Part shown: piece by piece, positions 62,801 to 64,000 of the stretch
Layout of the letters: every line of letters begins with the position of its first letter
Position numbering within the stretch: position 1 is the first letter of the stretch
Source: Macrostomum lignano
Taxonomy: Eukaryota
Direction of reading: 5' to 3'
Assembly (NCBI GenBank): GCA_002269645.1
Contig: NIVC01001414.1
Coordinates: 248,001 to 312,000 of the forward strand
DNA length: 64,000 nucleotides
Made by a program: the position numbers and the translations under genes
Notes under the pieces: generated by a model
What the model was told of the DNA's origin: nothing
Seen by the model: only the letters and a program-made list of their open reading frames with translations
Database searches by the model: none

Positions 62801-64000
62801 AGGTTCAACAAAATCACAGGGCTGCCTATTGAAAATTAGAACACAAATCTTTGCGCAATTGTCTATACAGTCAGCCAGTGAGCCAGGGTCCGATTGTACA
62901 CAGGCAGCCATTTAGAACGCCCCATCCCCCACTGGAGAGAAAATACACTGCAGAGATAGGGAAAAGTTGTGGCGCAATCACTTGAAATTCATGCAAATTT
63001 TCAGCTCCAAGCAGAAAGAGGGGACAATTAAGATTATCAAAGGTCAATATTCAAGTTTTCTGCTTTTTTGAGGATCTTAGAAATTAAAATTTCAGAATTA
63101 AAATAGCCTATAGCCGACCTCGGATAATTTCCAATCTTCCCATATAAGTTTCAACGCTGAGTTGCCACTATTCAAGGAGGAGTTGTCGAAATGACAGACA
63201 GACACACAGACAGACAGACAAACAACGCGTCAACTTTAGTATATACGAGTGGAACTCCTCCTCCGGAGGAGAAAGGGGAAGAACTCCCATCACCGGAATT
63301 CCATTCCCTGAAATCAATCAGCTGAAACTCCATGACTTGAATCCCATCTTCCAAATCATCTCCAAATCCTCTGTAAAGCCTTTTTGCTCTCCTCTTTGCC
63401 CTCTCATCTCTACAGTGTAGTCTCTTATCTCTTCTCTCTAATCTGCTTTCCATCTCTAGTCTCTCATCTCTGCTCTCTCTTCTTTGCTATCTTATATCTA
63501 GTCTCTCCTCTCTCTCCTCTTATCTCTACTCCCTTATGTATCTCTTCTCCCTCGTCTTTCGTCTGTACCCTCTCCTATCTCTTGTCTCCTCTCTTCTCTC
63601 ATATCTCTCCTCTTCACTTCTGTCTCCTGTCTCCTCTCTTCTCTCTTATCTCTCCCTCTTCTCTCCTCTCTCATATGTCATCTCTACTCACTTATCTATC
63701 GTCTCTCTTAACCCTCTCTCTTCTCTTTTCTCTCCTCTCTGCTCTCATTTCTCATATCTCATATACGCTCTCAGACTCTACTTTCTTGTCTCCCATCTTT
63801 CTTTCCTCCTTTCCACTATCCCCGTCTCTTCTCTTCTCTCTTTTCTATCCTCTTCATTCTCTCTTCTCTCCTCTCCTTGCTCCTTTCATCTTCTCCCTCT
63901 CTTCTCTAATCTCTAATCTCTCCTCTCTCATATCTACTCTCTTTTCTATAATCTCTTTTCTCTGTTCTCTTTTCTCTTTTCTCTCGCATCGGAAGAATTC
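47863..64000 (-). mobile_element. Head-to-tail array of at least 7 non-autonomous Helitron-like units (family B)
   Basis: On the minus strand: hairpin CTCCTCC-GAA-GGAGGAG, then TTCCA-CTCG, then TC(T/C)(T/A)ATACTAAA and (GTCT)n. Unit boundaries at 50927/8, 52823/4, 54931/2, 57953/4, 60758/9 and 63245/6. Units carry CT-rich tracts, usually 30-bp repeats, and (TTAGGG)n. Confidence 0.72.

Noticed and set aside
48098-63916. Many Leu/Ser-rich ORFs and IEILSTKLN-repeat ORFs
   Set aside because: They derive from CT-rich low-complexity tracts and 30-bp repeats inside the family B units; frames are not conserved between units.

Overview
Eukaryotic (animal) genomic DNA: GT-AG introns, GC-rich exons, heavy micro/minisatellite load and TTAGGG tracts. 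The style is compatible with a free-living flatworm such as Macrostomum (inference only). Main contents: (1) A hand-assembled minus-strand gene of about 12 exons over ~27 kb (28378 to 1424, ~1500 aa) encoding an unrecognised N-terminal region, four ankyrin-repeat clusters and a C-terminal STE/MAP3K-like kinase. The kinase domain is split by a 14.7-kb intron. (2) That intron is a head-to-tail concatemer of non-autonomous Helitron-like units, each with a tRNA-like Pol III module, an independently expanded minisatellite and a short (TTAGGG)n. (3) A Penelope-like retroelement (RT + GIY-YIG, 3' hammerhead ribozyme) lies in another intron and is interrupted by a 608-bp TIR element with an 8-bp TSD. 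(4) A six-exon SVOP-like MFS transporter gene on the plus strand, with a tRNA-Ile(GAT)-like gene in intron 1. (5) A partial paralog of the ankyrin exons carrying a hAT MITE. (6) A second minus-strand Helitron-like concatemer from 47863 to the window end. Most short ORFs in the track are artefacts of tandem repeats. All gene models are manual and lack transcript evidence.
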